Assembly (NCBI RefSeq): GCF_000020025.1
Contig: NC_010628.1
Span: 7,530,001 to 7,562,000, forward strand
Direction of reading: 5' to 3'
Origin: Nostoc punctiforme PCC 73102
GTDB taxonomy: Bacteria > Cyanobacteriota > Cyanobacteriia > Cyanobacteriales > Nostocaceae
Length of the DNA: 32,000 bases
Shown: piece after piece, positions 1 to 8,811 of the stretch
Layout: every line of letters starts with the position of its first letter
Numbering within the stretch: position 1 is the first letter of the stretch
Program-made: the position numbers and the translations under genes
Notes under the pieces: model-generated
What the model was told of the DNA's origin: nothing
What the model saw: only the letters and a program-made list of their open reading frames with translations
Databases searched by the model: none

Positions 1-985
1 AGAAAGCTTGGCTAATTTGTCCATCGCGTAACTGTACAACTTCACCTACGACTGGAGAATTATCTACTTTTTTCCCAGGTTTTATCGCAGGTTTTAGTGC
101 TTTTTGGCGAATATTTTCAAGTCTAACTTCTATTTCAGTATTTTTATATTTGAGAATGGCTTCACGTTCAAAATTAATGGTTTCGGTTGATAACTTACAT
201 AATGCTTGCAAGGATATCTTCCCTTGAGCGTGTAGAGCTTCTAACCAATTTGATGCTGACTCTAAAATTTGTTTTCCATTTTTTATTTGGATGGTTAATT
301 TATCTTCAATAGCATCGAAGATAACGAAAAGCGATATTTTTCTCCAAAATTTTTGAGTTGGATTTAATACCTTATAAGAAGTAACGATTTTTCCCTCTTC
401 TGGGACATGAAGTGCTAAATCTGAAGCCTGAATACTTTTTTGGATTTCCTCAAGTTTTAAAGAAGAGATATCAGCAATTGCACGATCAATAGTTAAAAAG
501 TCTGCCAAGTCTGGCAAATTGATCGCTGTCTCGCTTAGTGATTCAGCTTGAAAGGTTATTTTGTCACTTAAAGGGTCTGTAATAGCATTAAGCTGTACAG
601 GATATGGGGGCTGTGGTACAGACCCTTTTTCATAAAATGAGCGACCTTCAGAAGTAACTGTAATTGGTGATGTTTCTGATAGAGTTTGTAATGAGCGAAG
701 AGTTGCAGTAGTAGTTTTGATAAATACAGAATCCAGTCCAAGTACAGAGGCTAATTCATCCTCTGTTGGCGGAGGTTGAAATTCAATCGCAGCGCGGATA
801 ATAAATTCTTCGAGTACGTTAAACTGACGGGGCTCTTTGATATTTACTTCTATAGTAGTTTGACGCAAACTATAACGAAATTGACGCGCTGCTAAAACTG
901 ATAAACTAGGACTTTGCGCTTCTATTTCGTCTACAAAATTTTTGAGATTGTCATCAATAGGTTTAGCAGAAGAGGCGAGAAACAT
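1..985 (-). CDS. Partial CDS (N-terminal ~328 aa; continues past the left edge): hypothetical protein, putative partner of the SF1 helicase
   Basis: My translation of the reverse strand from the ATG at 985-983 is open to position 1 (MFLASSAKPIDDNLKNFVDEIEAQSPSLSVLAARQFRYSL...VVQLRDGQISQAF). It is absent from the ORF track because no stop lies in the window. Its first ~16 codons are duplicated at the helicase 3' end (3148-3194). Confidence 0.6.
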   Translation of the reverse strand, partial: MFLASSAKPIDDNLKNFVDEIEAQSPSLSVLAARQFRYSLRQTTIEVNIKEPRQFNVLEEFIIRAAIEFQPPPTEDELASVLGLDSVFIKTTTATLRSLQTLSETSPITVTSEGRSFYEKGSVPQPPYPVQLNAITDPLSDKITFQAESLSETAINLPDLADFLTIDRAIADISSLKLEEIQKSIQASDLALHVPEEGKIVTSYKVLNPTQKFWRKISLFVIFDAIEDKLTIQIKNGKQILESASNWLEALHAQGKISLQALCKLSTETINFEREAILKYKNTEIEVRLENIRQKALKPAIKPGKKVDNSPVVGEVVQLRDGQISQAF

Positions 986-1180
986 CAAGGGAATAAGATT
1001 GGATAATTGAATTTGTACAAATACTTGTAACCCATGAGGCAAAGTACCTTTATGCTTTCAATAAGCTTTGGCGGCGACTAGCCAACCAAGCAAATCCAGC
1101 ACTAGTGACAAATATTAGCACACCATATAATTTTCCCAGGAATGGTCATTGTGGGACTATTCAGCAGCGTAGGGGTAGCA

Positions 1181-1209
1181 GCGATCGCGATGGGAGCATC
1201 CACTTTTGG
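1181..1209. repeat. IS terminal inverted repeat (left)
   Basis: It matches the reverse complement of 2347-2376, with one extra base and one mismatch. Confidence 0.7.
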
Positions 1210-1237
1210 CAGAAACACTCAAATAGCAAGTAAACCA

Positions 1238-2289
1238 TTAAGATAAGCTTAAGCGTTCAGAGAGAATTTGGTTGACACTCTCAACATTCCACTGTGCACC
1301 AGAAATTTTAATCCTGGCTCCAATCTGTTTAATTGCCGACTCGACTGCACCAGAACCGATAGAACAGAGTTCTTCAGCCTGGTAATAGCTGTAGTTGACA
1401 ATACGAGAACGATGTTTGTTGAGATAAGTAATGAAATTTTTCACCTGTTTACCTCGGCAATGAATAAACAAAGCCTGAGTATTATCTATTTGACCTTGCC
1501 ACAAAAAACTTTCAGCAGCTTTAAGCCGTTTTAAAGAACCACCAATTTTATAGAGATTTTCTTTGAGGTGATACCAGTCTAAAATTTCCCAACGCTCAAA
1601 ATTCTCACTTTTACCAAATTCTCTGACAAGATTCCACACACCATCATGACCATCTCCTAAGCAGACTAACGGGTTAACCAGAGGCTGAATATTGACATAA
1701 TCAACTAATGATTGGTTGTCATCAAAAAACGCACCATAGTAAATCCCTTGTAGACGAACGGTTTTATAGTCTCGCCAGTGACAGCCTGCTTTCGGTTTAC
1801 CTCTAAGTCGGACTTTTCCTCCATCTACATTGACTTCTGACACGACTTGTAATGCTACGGGCAGTTGAAAATCTTGTTCGAGAACTAGTTTTTGTTGCGT
1901 CGTGTGACCAACTTTCACTCCTGTTAATGCCTCAATTTCGATTTCTGCTTTTTGGTATGAAACATTTGCTGATAGTCGCAAACAGCACTTTTGAAGTAAT
2001 GGACTTAAACGGCTTCTTGGCTTCAAACCCAGTTTCTGTAACTGTTTGGCTTTTAATTTTAATTCTCCTACCAGGCTTTTGACTTTCCTGGTTTTACCTA
2101 CTTTTGTTTTGGTTGTTTGTTCGATAAAAAAAGGGCTATTTCTGGACCGACATATTCCAATATTTGGCTACGAACTGTTTTTTCTATACCTTCGAGGTCT
2201 ATTAACTGACTCTTATCAGCTTCCGAGTACAGTAATGTTGCCAGTTCTTCTAAGCAGGCTTTGATACGTTCTTGTTTCTCTTGGCTCAT
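1238..2289 (-). pseudogene. DDE transposase (ISKra4-family-like) interrupted by a 1-nt frameshift in a homopolymer
   Basis: The N-terminal ORF (2098-2304; likely ATG at 2289, MSQEKQERIKACLEEL...) and the C-terminal ORF (1238-2026; DGGKVRL, GDGHDGVW, LDWYHLKENLYKIGGS and SGAVES motifs) are parts of one protein. The downstream frame stays open upstream as ...FFIEQTTKTKVGKTRKVKSLVGELKLKAKQLQKLGLKPRSR. The two frames meet at the A7 run at 2126-2132. Confidence 0.7.
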
Positions 2290-2346
2290 AGTCAGCGATC
2301 GCACAGCGTTATTTCCTTCTACATTTTCTCAGAAATGGTAAATCTT

Positions 2347-2376
2347 CCAAAACTGGATGCTCCCGATCGCGATCGC
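2347..2376. repeat. IS terminal inverted repeat (right)
   Basis: Its reverse complement matches 1181-1209. Confidence 0.7.
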
Positions 2377-2462
2377 CAGTGTCGCATTTTGAATTCCTAC
2401 TTCTATTGTAATTGCCGTAATGCGTTTTTCTTCTAATTGGGTTAAAGTAGCGATCGCAAAAC

Positions 2463-2641
2463 CTTAGAGGTTATTTATAAAGTAAAAATAAGATTATTGT
2501 ACGGTGTGCTAGTCCCATATTTCTAGATGATTTGTCACAAAAAATTTTATCAAAGTGGTAACGCACCGCCATGTAATACGGTGCGTAATAGCGAAGCCGT
2601 AACCCGCCTTACTAAGATTTACTTTATAAATAGTCTCTAAG
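2463..2641. mobile_element. MITE-like non-autonomous element (~180 bp)
   Basis: It has 24 bp terminal inverted repeats: CTTAGAGGTTATTTATAAAGTAAA (2463-2486) against TTTACTTTATAAATAGTCTCTAAG (2618-2641), with 2 mismatches. There is an internal hairpin (ACGCACCG...CGGTGCGT) and no coding capacity. Confidence 0.45.
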
Positions 2642-2647
2642 CAGGCT

Positions 2648-2884
2648 TTATGAAATAGGAGTGGTTATATCTTCCTCCAAAGATGCTGGCAATTCAGAAG
2701 AACTAGCGCCACTTTGTGGTGTTGAAAGCTCATCACTTACCATTCCATCCCATGAATAGTTGCAGATTTTAGTGTGAAGCAATTTACCAAACGTCAGGTT
2801 AATTGCTAGGGCAAAAGAATCGATAAAAATTAGATTTACAAAACGATCAATCATTAGACCCCCTTGAGCTAAATTAAGCATCAA
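2648..2884 (-). CDS. Hypothetical 78 aa ORF (possibly a gene fragment)
   Basis: This rests on the ORF track only. I recognise no motif, and the ORF sits in a rearranged stretch between the MITE and the helicase. Confidence 0.15.
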   Translation of the reverse strand: MMLNLAQGGLMIDRFVNLIFIDSFALAINLTFGKLLHTKICNYSWDGMVSDELSTPQSGASSSELPASLEEDITTPIS

Positions 2885-3122
2885 GTGATATTTGATTTCT
2901 TACTACACATGCCATAATCTCTTTTCCAGAAATGTCTGGTATTTTAATAATTTTCAGTTGAAGGGGAAAGGGATAAAGCGATTGTGGATAAGGGAAACAG
3001 GAAAGAAAATATTATTTATCGCTTTAATTTTGAGAAGAAGTAACGCCAAATGAAAAACTTCGTTTTATCAGCATAACTGCTAAAGATGATACATCTGAAG
3101 GGATAAGCTATACCTATACAGG

Positions 3123-3191
3123 CTAATATGCCCAGTAGATATCCTTCTTGAGATTGTCATTAATAGGTTTAACTGAAAAGGCGAGAGACAT
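3123..3191 (-). pseudogene. 22-codon relic of the partner-gene 5' end, overlapping the helicase stop
   Basis: It reads ATG TCT CTC GCC TTT TCA GTT AAA CCT ATT AAT GAC AAT CTC AAG AAG... = [22 protein letters not shown]. This parallels MFLASSAKPIDDNLKN at the start of the CDS ending at 985. At the DNA level, 3148-3194 and 942-988 are 42/47 identical by hand alignment. Confidence 0.45.
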
Positions 3192-6100
3192 CAACGAAAC
3201 CTTCATGTGTACTGACAATATTTGAAACTTCTGAATACATACTTCCGACTTTACCTGATTGATGGGTAAACAATTTATGACAACCCACAATTATCAGCAG
3301 TTCTTGGGCGCGAGAAAATGCAACATTTACCCGTTCTGGCTTTTTAGCAAAACCCACATCTCCTTTGCTATTATTGCGAACCATACTTACAATTACAACA
3401 GGTCGCTCCATACCTTGAAATCTGTCTACAGTACCAGTACGAATCTCTAATGAAGGGAAAAGTTCAGATTGTAGGCGTTCATCAATTTTTCTTAATTGAG
3501 CGCCATAAAACGTAATTACGGCAATTTCTTTTTTTGGTTCAGCATTAGCAACTTTAGAAGCCCAAGTCGTCTCAAACTGTTGACATAGAAGTTCAATCGC
3601 ATCAATTTCTGGAGTATTAAAGTAAGAAGTTCCGTTTCTTTGCTCTAAAAACTGATTTTCGATAGGCGTTTTTACCCAAATAAGATGCTGAGATTCTTGG
3701 ATAATTTCGCCTGCTAAATGATGTGCGCGTTTTGTGTCCGGCTCCAAAATGCCAGATTCTAGTTTACCGTCATAAAACTGATTGATTGCACCCATAATAA
3801 ATGGGTGCATTCGATATTGTGTAGTTAGCATTTGTTTGATGCTTTCATCAGCAGATTCAAACTGACTTTTAAATAGTGATTCTTCTAAAAATTGTAGTTC
3901 GTCTCGTGTATTGCCAATTGTCTGAGCAACTTCTTCTAAAGTGCTAGTGTCAAGCATGGGTGGTAATTGCCGATGATCGCCTACCATGACTAACTTTTTA
4001 CCTTTTAAAGCAGGGATTAGTAACTCTGGTGGAGTACACTTACTAACCTCATCAATAATGACAACATCAAAGGATTTGAATTCTTCCGAAAAACCTCTAC
4101 TTGCAGCTTGAACGCAGGTGATACCAACGACGTTAGCATTATCTAAATATATGCGCCTTAAATCGTCGCGATCGCGCTCATTTGGCTGTCTTAATTTTCC
4201 AATCCAATCTTGGACAAAATTCTGATATTTTTTGAGATAATTTTCTTCTTTTTCGAGTTCCTTCTGCCAAGATTCAAACTGAATATTGATACCGCGCAAT
4301 AACTCTATATTAAACAAGTCAGCAGGATAATTTTCTGGCTTAAACTTATCCGGGGTTCTTTGCCATTCTGTCAACCACCAGTTTCTTTCTTCTATTAATC
4401 TATCTGATGGCTGTGGTTGTAACTTTTCTTCTATTTCACGTAAGCTAATTTGTAATTTTTGAAGTTGCTGTAGAGCAGTTTCAGTTTCTTCTTGTAGTTT
4501 TGATAAATGCTCGTGTAGAGAATTTTTAATTATCTCTAATACCGCAAAAGGTTCTAAGGATGAAATTAAATTTTCAAGCTGACTAATGGAAGTTACCCAA
4601 GAATTCACTTGATTTGAGAATTCTTGTGGATGCTCCCAAATATTTGATTGTGTCGCAAGATATTTCTCCGTTAAAGTGCGTAATTGAGTAGGTATATTTT
4701 GTTGATTAAGTTCTTGCAAGATATTAATAACTCTGCCAAGTTGTAAATTAGCGTCTTGTTGCGCTTTTTCTACCTCAGCTTGAGTAATAGATATTTGCTG
4801 TTGGCTAATTTCATTTTTCTGAAGTTCATTTAATTGTCTTTGTAAATACTGAAGCTGTTGTTCAGTTTCGGTTTTGACTTTTAAAACGCATTGACGTGCA
4901 TTTACAAGAATAGTATCTAACAATTCTTGGGTAAGTTTGGTGAGAGTAGAATCGATATTATTCCATTCCCATGATGCGCCATAAGTCCGTTGCATTCTAA
5001 TTAAAAAAACTTGGGTATTTTCGACCAGTAATTTTCGCTGTTTGGGATTGAGTAGCTGATAATTGCTAAACTGTTGATAGGTTTCTTGCCATTGGGTGCG
5101 ATCGCCCTTTGATAGCACCATTGGAATCTGACTAAAATTTTCTTGCAAGAAATAGCTGAAATTATGCTGTTTTCCCCGTCTATCAGTAAAACCTCCGTCT
5201 ATTTCATAAGCGATCGCTTTTGTCAATAGCTCCCATTCTGGCAAATTAATTTTGTAAATTTTTGGTACTATTGCTAATTTTAATGTATTAGCAAACATCA
5301 ATAAACCTAGTGGTAAGTCCACTAAATTTTCTGTTAGTGGTAAACCTGATTGCTGACAATCTTTTAAAGTTTGATAAAGATGAGAAGGTGCTGTAGACTT
5401 CCATTCTTTTACTGCTGAGATAATATAATCAATTTCACGTTGCCGATTTTCCCAAATCTGGATTGTTTGCTGTAGTTTTTGCAGTTTAGCAAGATATTTC
5501 TGATAATCTGGTTGTACTTGATTTAATAATGCAAAATTCTGTTTGACAACCTCAACTGATGCTGCAACTTCTAAGATGGCTTGACTAGCCTCTTGAGCAG
5601 AAGTAAAAGCAGATTTAAATCCAGAAATTTCTGTTGCTACAGTTTCACGCAACCAAACCGCTAAACCAAAAGCGCCAAGTGCCGGACGCGCCAAGCCAAG
5701 TTCATCAGTATATTTGATGGTTTGACGAACATTTGCTAAAAATTCTTCTACTAAACTATTACCTTCTGTGTATGGTTTCAGAAGTGGCAAAAAATCTGTA
5801 ACTTCTGGAGATTCCCAATTTATAGGTGCAGTGTTTAGTATATTTTCTAGACCTGCAATTAGAGATTCAACATTGTTTTGTTTTTCTACGGTTTCATTGT
5901 AAGATTTTTCTTGATTTTTAAAGTTTGTCTCTACTTTTAACTTATTTTTATTAAATTTTGTTTGCTGCTGGCTAAATTCTTCCTCTGCTTGTAAGTAGGG
6001 TGTAAATCTTTGTGATGATGCCAGTAATTGACTGAAAATTTTGATATTTTCGAGACGTTGTGTAATATTATTTTCGCAGTCATAAGCTGTATTTTCTAGC

Positions 6101-7644
6101 CATCTGCCAATCACTTGGTCTTCTAAAAATGGCTGTCCTTCTTCCCCAACTTTTTCGGCTCGACCCTTGCGTACTGCCCGAATTACTGAGTTGTGAACTA
6201 ATCTACTCAGGGCGTTATCTACTGCTAAATTGGCTTGTGAAGCGATTAAGGTACGCCCACCTCGAAGGGCAATTTGATAGCAAATTTCAGCAATTACAGT
6301 AGTTTTCCCAGTACCTGGTGGCCCTTGGATGAGAACAAGATCCTTGGCGGCAAGTACCTTTTCTACTGCAGCTTTTTGTCCAGGATTAGCGGAAGATAAT
6401 AATAAATCTTGTGGTTGAAGTTCAACAGTTGTTTTGATTTGTCTAGCCTGAGAAGCATCGAATAAAAAGTTACCTAAATAAGGATTCTGGGTGTAACCAT
6501 TATTCAAATCATCTAACGCTTTCTTCTTACGCTGAATCTGCTGAATATCTCCAACTGCCTCGAAACATAAGAATCCGGTAGCTGGTAATTTATAGCGCTC
6601 TGTTGCCATGAATTCAGCTAAGTCGCGTTCTAGCCGGAGGCTGATAATACAACGGTTGGTATCAACTTCTTCAACAGTTCCTAATTGACGACCGCTAATC
6701 CAATTTTTCCCGACAGGAGCAGTTTCAAAAAGTTTTAAATCTTCGTTTTTTGTGCGTCTTGCTCGTTCCCAAAAATTATCTACTTCGAGGGAATTTTGAT
6801 AAAAACCGTCAAGGGTGGCTGAGTTTACATCAATTTCAAAACTAATCCGCCTTTTGAAGTTATAGTTATGGCTTACGTAACGCACACAAAATTGACGTGC
6901 TTTAGCAATTTTTTCCTCAATTTGCAAAAACGCTTTCCAAGCTTTCAGCTGATCTTCTGTAGGTACATTTTCGCCACAAACTGGCGCGGTGGCGATGCGC
7001 TTCAATGTCGCTGGCGGAATATCGAGATGATGCTGATGATTAGCCAGTAAACGCAAGCGACAAGGCATAGCGTAGCTGTCGGCGTGTCCGCGTGAGGGTT
7101 GTAGCAACTGAGCCGACAGTACTTTTATACCGTCGCGTCCATCTTTTTGTACAGCTGCTCTAAATCCTAATGTTTTTCTGAGCTTCTCAAGTCTTGCAGG
7201 CAATGGAAAATCATCGGAGTCTGTCGCTATTGTCAAATCCCAAATTTCCTCTCTTGCTTCTTTCCCTGCACCCTTGCGACGCACATAAAATAAAGAAGGC
7301 TTTTTGCCGACACATTCATACATTAACTCATTGGCGCGATCGCGCCGCTCCCTAAAATCGGAATATGATTTCAAGGCAGCCTCACCTTCAAGATGGCGGA
7401 TAAAACTATCAATTGCTGAAGCTATAAACGTATAGCCCCAATCTTCAGAGGTTGTTTTAGTTTTTGACGATTTTGCTGTTAGTTTACTTATCGCTAAACG
7501 AATACGTTCTGCATCGGATTCTGGTATTGCACTGGTATGGCTTTTGACTGCAATCTTGAGCTTTTCACAAATTGCTAATAGCTTCTTGCTATCTAAATTT
7601 AATTCTTTTGCTAGTTCGTAGATTCTGAGTTTACCGTTGTTCAT
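3169..7644 (-). CDS. IF2_N-domain-containing Upf1-like superfamily 1 helicase (AAA_11/AAA_12 type) with a very long coiled-coil insertion
   Basis: The 1506 aa ORF has a TTG start; the likely ATG start is M16 (7644), [49 protein letters not shown], which is an IF-2 N-terminal-type domain. SF1 motifs seen are [12 protein letters not shown] (I, ~6300-6330), [11 protein letters not shown] (Ia), VVIIDEVSK (II, ~4045-4075), GDHRQLPP (III), TTQYRMHP (IV), [16 protein letters not shown] (V) and VNVAFSRAQ (VI). Motifs I and II are ~750 aa apart, separated by Q/E/L/K-rich heptad-like sequence. Confidence 0.9.
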   Translation of the reverse strand: MNNGKLRIYELAKELNLDSKKLLAICEKLKIAVKSHTSAIPESDAERIRLAISKLTAKSSKTKTTSEDWGYTFIASAIDSFIRHLEGEAALKSYSDFRERRDRANELMYECVGKKPSLFYVRRKGAGKEAREEIWDLTIATDSDDFPLPARLEKLRKTLGFRAAVQKDGRDGIKVLSAQLLQPSRGHADSYAMPCRLRLLANHQHHLDIPPATLKRIATAPVCGENVPTEDQLKAWKAFLQIEEKIAKARQFCVRYVSHNYNFKRRISFEIDVNSATLDGFYQNSLEVDNFWERARRTKNEDLKLFETAPVGKNWISGRQLGTVEEVDTNRCIISLRLERDLAEFMATERYKLPATGFLCFEAVGDIQQIQRKKKALDDLNNGYTQNPYLGNFLFDASQARQIKTTVELQPQDLLLSSANPGQKAAVEKVLAAKDLVLIQGPPGTGKTTVIAEICYQIALRGGRTLIASQANLAVDNALSRLVHNSVIRAVRKGRAEKVGEEGQPFLEDQVIGRWLENTAYDCENNITQRLENIKIFSQLLASSQRFTPYLQAEEEFSQQQTKFNKNKLKVETNFKNQEKSYNETVEKQNNVESLIAGLENILNTAPINWESPEVTDFLPLLKPYTEGNSLVEEFLANVRQTIKYTDELGLARPALGAFGLAVWLRETVATEISGFKSAFTSAQEASQAILEVAASVEVVKQNFALLNQVQPDYQKYLAKLQKLQQTIQIWENRQREIDYIISAVKEWKSTAPSHLYQTLKDCQQSGLPLTENLVDLPLGLLMFANTLKLAIVPKIYKINLPEWELLTKAIAYEIDGGFTDRRGKQHNFSYFLQENFSQIPMVLSKGDRTQWQETYQQFSNYQLLNPKQRKLLVENTQVFLIRMQRTYGASWEWNNIDSTLTKLTQELLDTILVNARQCVLKVKTETEQQLQYLQRQLNELQKNEISQQQISITQAEVEKAQQDANLQLGRVINILQELNQQNIPTQLRTLTEKYLATQSNIWEHPQEFSNQVNSWVTSISQLENLISSLEPFAVLEIIKNSLHEHLSKLQEETETALQQLQKLQISLREIEEKLQPQPSDRLIEERNWWLTEWQRTPDKFKPENYPADLFNIELLRGINIQFESWQKELEKEENYLKKYQNFVQDWIGKLRQPNERDRDDLRRIYLDNANVVGITCVQAASRGFSEEFKSFDVVIIDEVSKCTPPELLIPALKGKKLVMVGDHRQLPPMLDTSTLEEVAQTIGNTRDELQFLEESLFKSQFESADESIKQMLTTQYRMHPFIMGAINQFYDGKLESGILEPDTKRAHHLAGEIIQESQHLIWVKTPIENQFLEQRNGTSYFNTPEIDAIELLCQQFETTWASKVANAEPKKEIAVITFYGAQLRKIDERLQSELFPSLEIRTGTVDRFQGMERPVVIVSMVRNNSKGDVGFAKKPERVNVAFSRAQELLIIVGCHKLFTHQSGKVGSMYSEVSNIVSTHEGFVDVSRLFS

Positions 7645-7674
7645 CCAGTTAACAATTGAGGGTTTAGATTTAAA

Positions 7675-7713
7675 CGCAGAGGGGCGCAAAGGTAAGCGCA
7701 GAGGGGCGCAAAG
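7675..7713. repeat. Two copies of a 17 bp direct repeat, CGCAGAGGGGCGCAAAG, at 22 bp period in the helicase 5' region
   Basis: The copies at 7675-7691 and 7697-7713 are identical. They lie 30-70 nt upstream of the probable helicase ATG (7644). A partial third copy (CTGCGTTT) sits near 7768. Confidence 0.8.
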
Positions 7714-7788
7714 TATTATTTTAGTGCGATTTGCTACGAATTAGATTTGGCAACACTCTACGTTCTTCTGCGTTTAAAAACTTTATGA

Positions 7789-8706
7789 CTATAGTTTGTA
7801 CTGTTGGTAAACTTCACTGGCGGCGCGATGCAGTAGGGAATGCCGCCAAACTAAAGATTTCATATCATCAGCATAACCGCCGCCGATGACGCAGGCCACA
7901 GGATAACCGCTACTCATACAAGTACTTAAAACCTGCATTTCACGGCGAAAAATGCCCGCATCGGTTAAGGCTAATTTGCCCAAGCGATCGCCTATATGAG
8001 GGTCAACACCAGCATCATAAAATACTAAGTCTGGCTTGACTTTAGACAACAAATCTGATAAATAATTCGCCAAGGTTTGTAAATAAGCGTCATCTTCCAT
8101 TCCCACCGGCAAAGGAACATCCAAATCACTGTTTTGTTTTGTACCGGGAAAATTGACTTCGCAGTGCATGGAGAAAGTAAAAACGCTATCGTCGTCTTGG
8201 AAGATAAAAGCGGTACCGTCTCCTTGATGAACATCCAAATCGACAATCAGGATTTTTTGGACGAGTCCGAATTTTTGTAAAACGCGACAAGCGATCGCTA
8301 AATCGTTGAAAATACAAAAACCAGACCCATAACTGGGAAAGGCGTGATGAGTTCCACCAGCCGTATTACAAGCTAAACCATGACTTAATGCCAGTTTTGC
8401 AGTGAGTATCGTACCACCTACCGCTACACAGGTACGATTCGCTAATGCTGGACTCCAAGGCAAACCAATACGTCGCTGTAATTTGGGGTCTAGGGTTCCT
8501 TCGCAATAAGCTTGAACATAGCTTGGAGTATGGACTAACTCTATCAATTCTGGCGGCGGACGTTCGGGGGTATGAAATTGTTCTTGATTAGCCACACCAT
8601 CAGCTAACAGCAATTCGTAGAGTTGTCGGAACTTAGACATTGGGAAGCGATGTCCTTCAGGCAGGGGAGCAATGTAATCTGGGTGGTAAATAATTGGCAA
8701 GTCCAT
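7789..8706 (-). CDS. Histone deacetylase-family (arginase/deacetylase fold) amidohydrolase
   Basis: The 305 aa protein carries GGTHHAFPSYGSGFCIFNDLAIA and DLDVHQGDGT, the catalytic/Zn motifs of the HDAC/AcuC/AphA family. Confidence 0.9.
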   Translation of the reverse strand: MDLPIIYHPDYIAPLPEGHRFPMSKFRQLYELLLADGVANQEQFHTPERPPPELIELVHTPSYVQAYCEGTLDPKLQRRIGLPWSPALANRTCVAVGGTILTAKLALSHGLACNTAGGTHHAFPSYGSGFCIFNDLAIACRVLQKFGLVQKILIVDLDVHQGDGTAFIFQDDDSVFTFSMHCEVNFPGTKQNSDLDVPLPVGMEDDAYLQTLANYLSDLLSKVKPDLVFYDAGVDPHIGDRLGKLALTDAGIFRREMQVLSTCMSSGYPVACVIGGGYADDMKSLVWRHSLLHRAASEVYQQYKL

Positions 8707-8811
8707 AATCCAGAAAATCTCAAGCAGCTAATCCGGCAACTAAACAAGGTAAAATTTAGCCATAATCACAGCAACAATGCTGTTATCCTAAATCTAAAAC
8801 TTAAAATTTAT

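Larger units (their letters stand above)
1181..2376 (-). mobile_element. Insertion sequence, ISKra4-like, ~1.2 kb
   Basis: It is bounded by imperfect terminal inverted repeats, GCGATCGCGATGGGAGCATCCACTTTTGG (1181-1209) and the reverse complement of 2347-2376 (GCGATCGCGATCGGGAGCATCCAGTTTTGG). It encloses one transposase reading frame. The outer GATCGCGAT(C) is itself palindromic, so the true ends may be 1192/2364 with a 9 bp target duplication. Confidence 0.65.

Noticed and set aside
986-1180. Possible helicase C-terminal remnant upstream of the partner gene, or a small membrane-protein fragment (..GKLYGVLIFVTSAGFAWLASRRQSLLKA*)
   Set aside because: Translating all three minus-strand frames gave no helicase-like sequence. 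The hydrophobic fragment has no start codon, so it was left unannotated as debris.
1268-2264. Plus-strand ORFs 1268-1534, 1852-2082 and 2046-2264
   Set aside because: They are antisense to the transposase reading frame, with no motifs.
7645-7689. Annotating the helicase as translation initiation factor IF-2, or using the 15-codon TTG-initiated N-terminal extension
   Set aside because: Only the first ~55 aa resemble IF-2. There is no GTPase domain, and the rest is an SF1 helicase. The TTG start lies inside a direct repeat, whereas the ATG at 7644 gives the canonical MNNGK start.
7789-8706. HDAC-family gene as a third component of the helicase system (same strand, 145 nt upstream)
   Set aside because: GC content and codon style look like the housekeeping neighbours rather than the helicase. 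The gap contains repeats and a likely promoter, and I know of no linkage, so it is treated as an independent gene.
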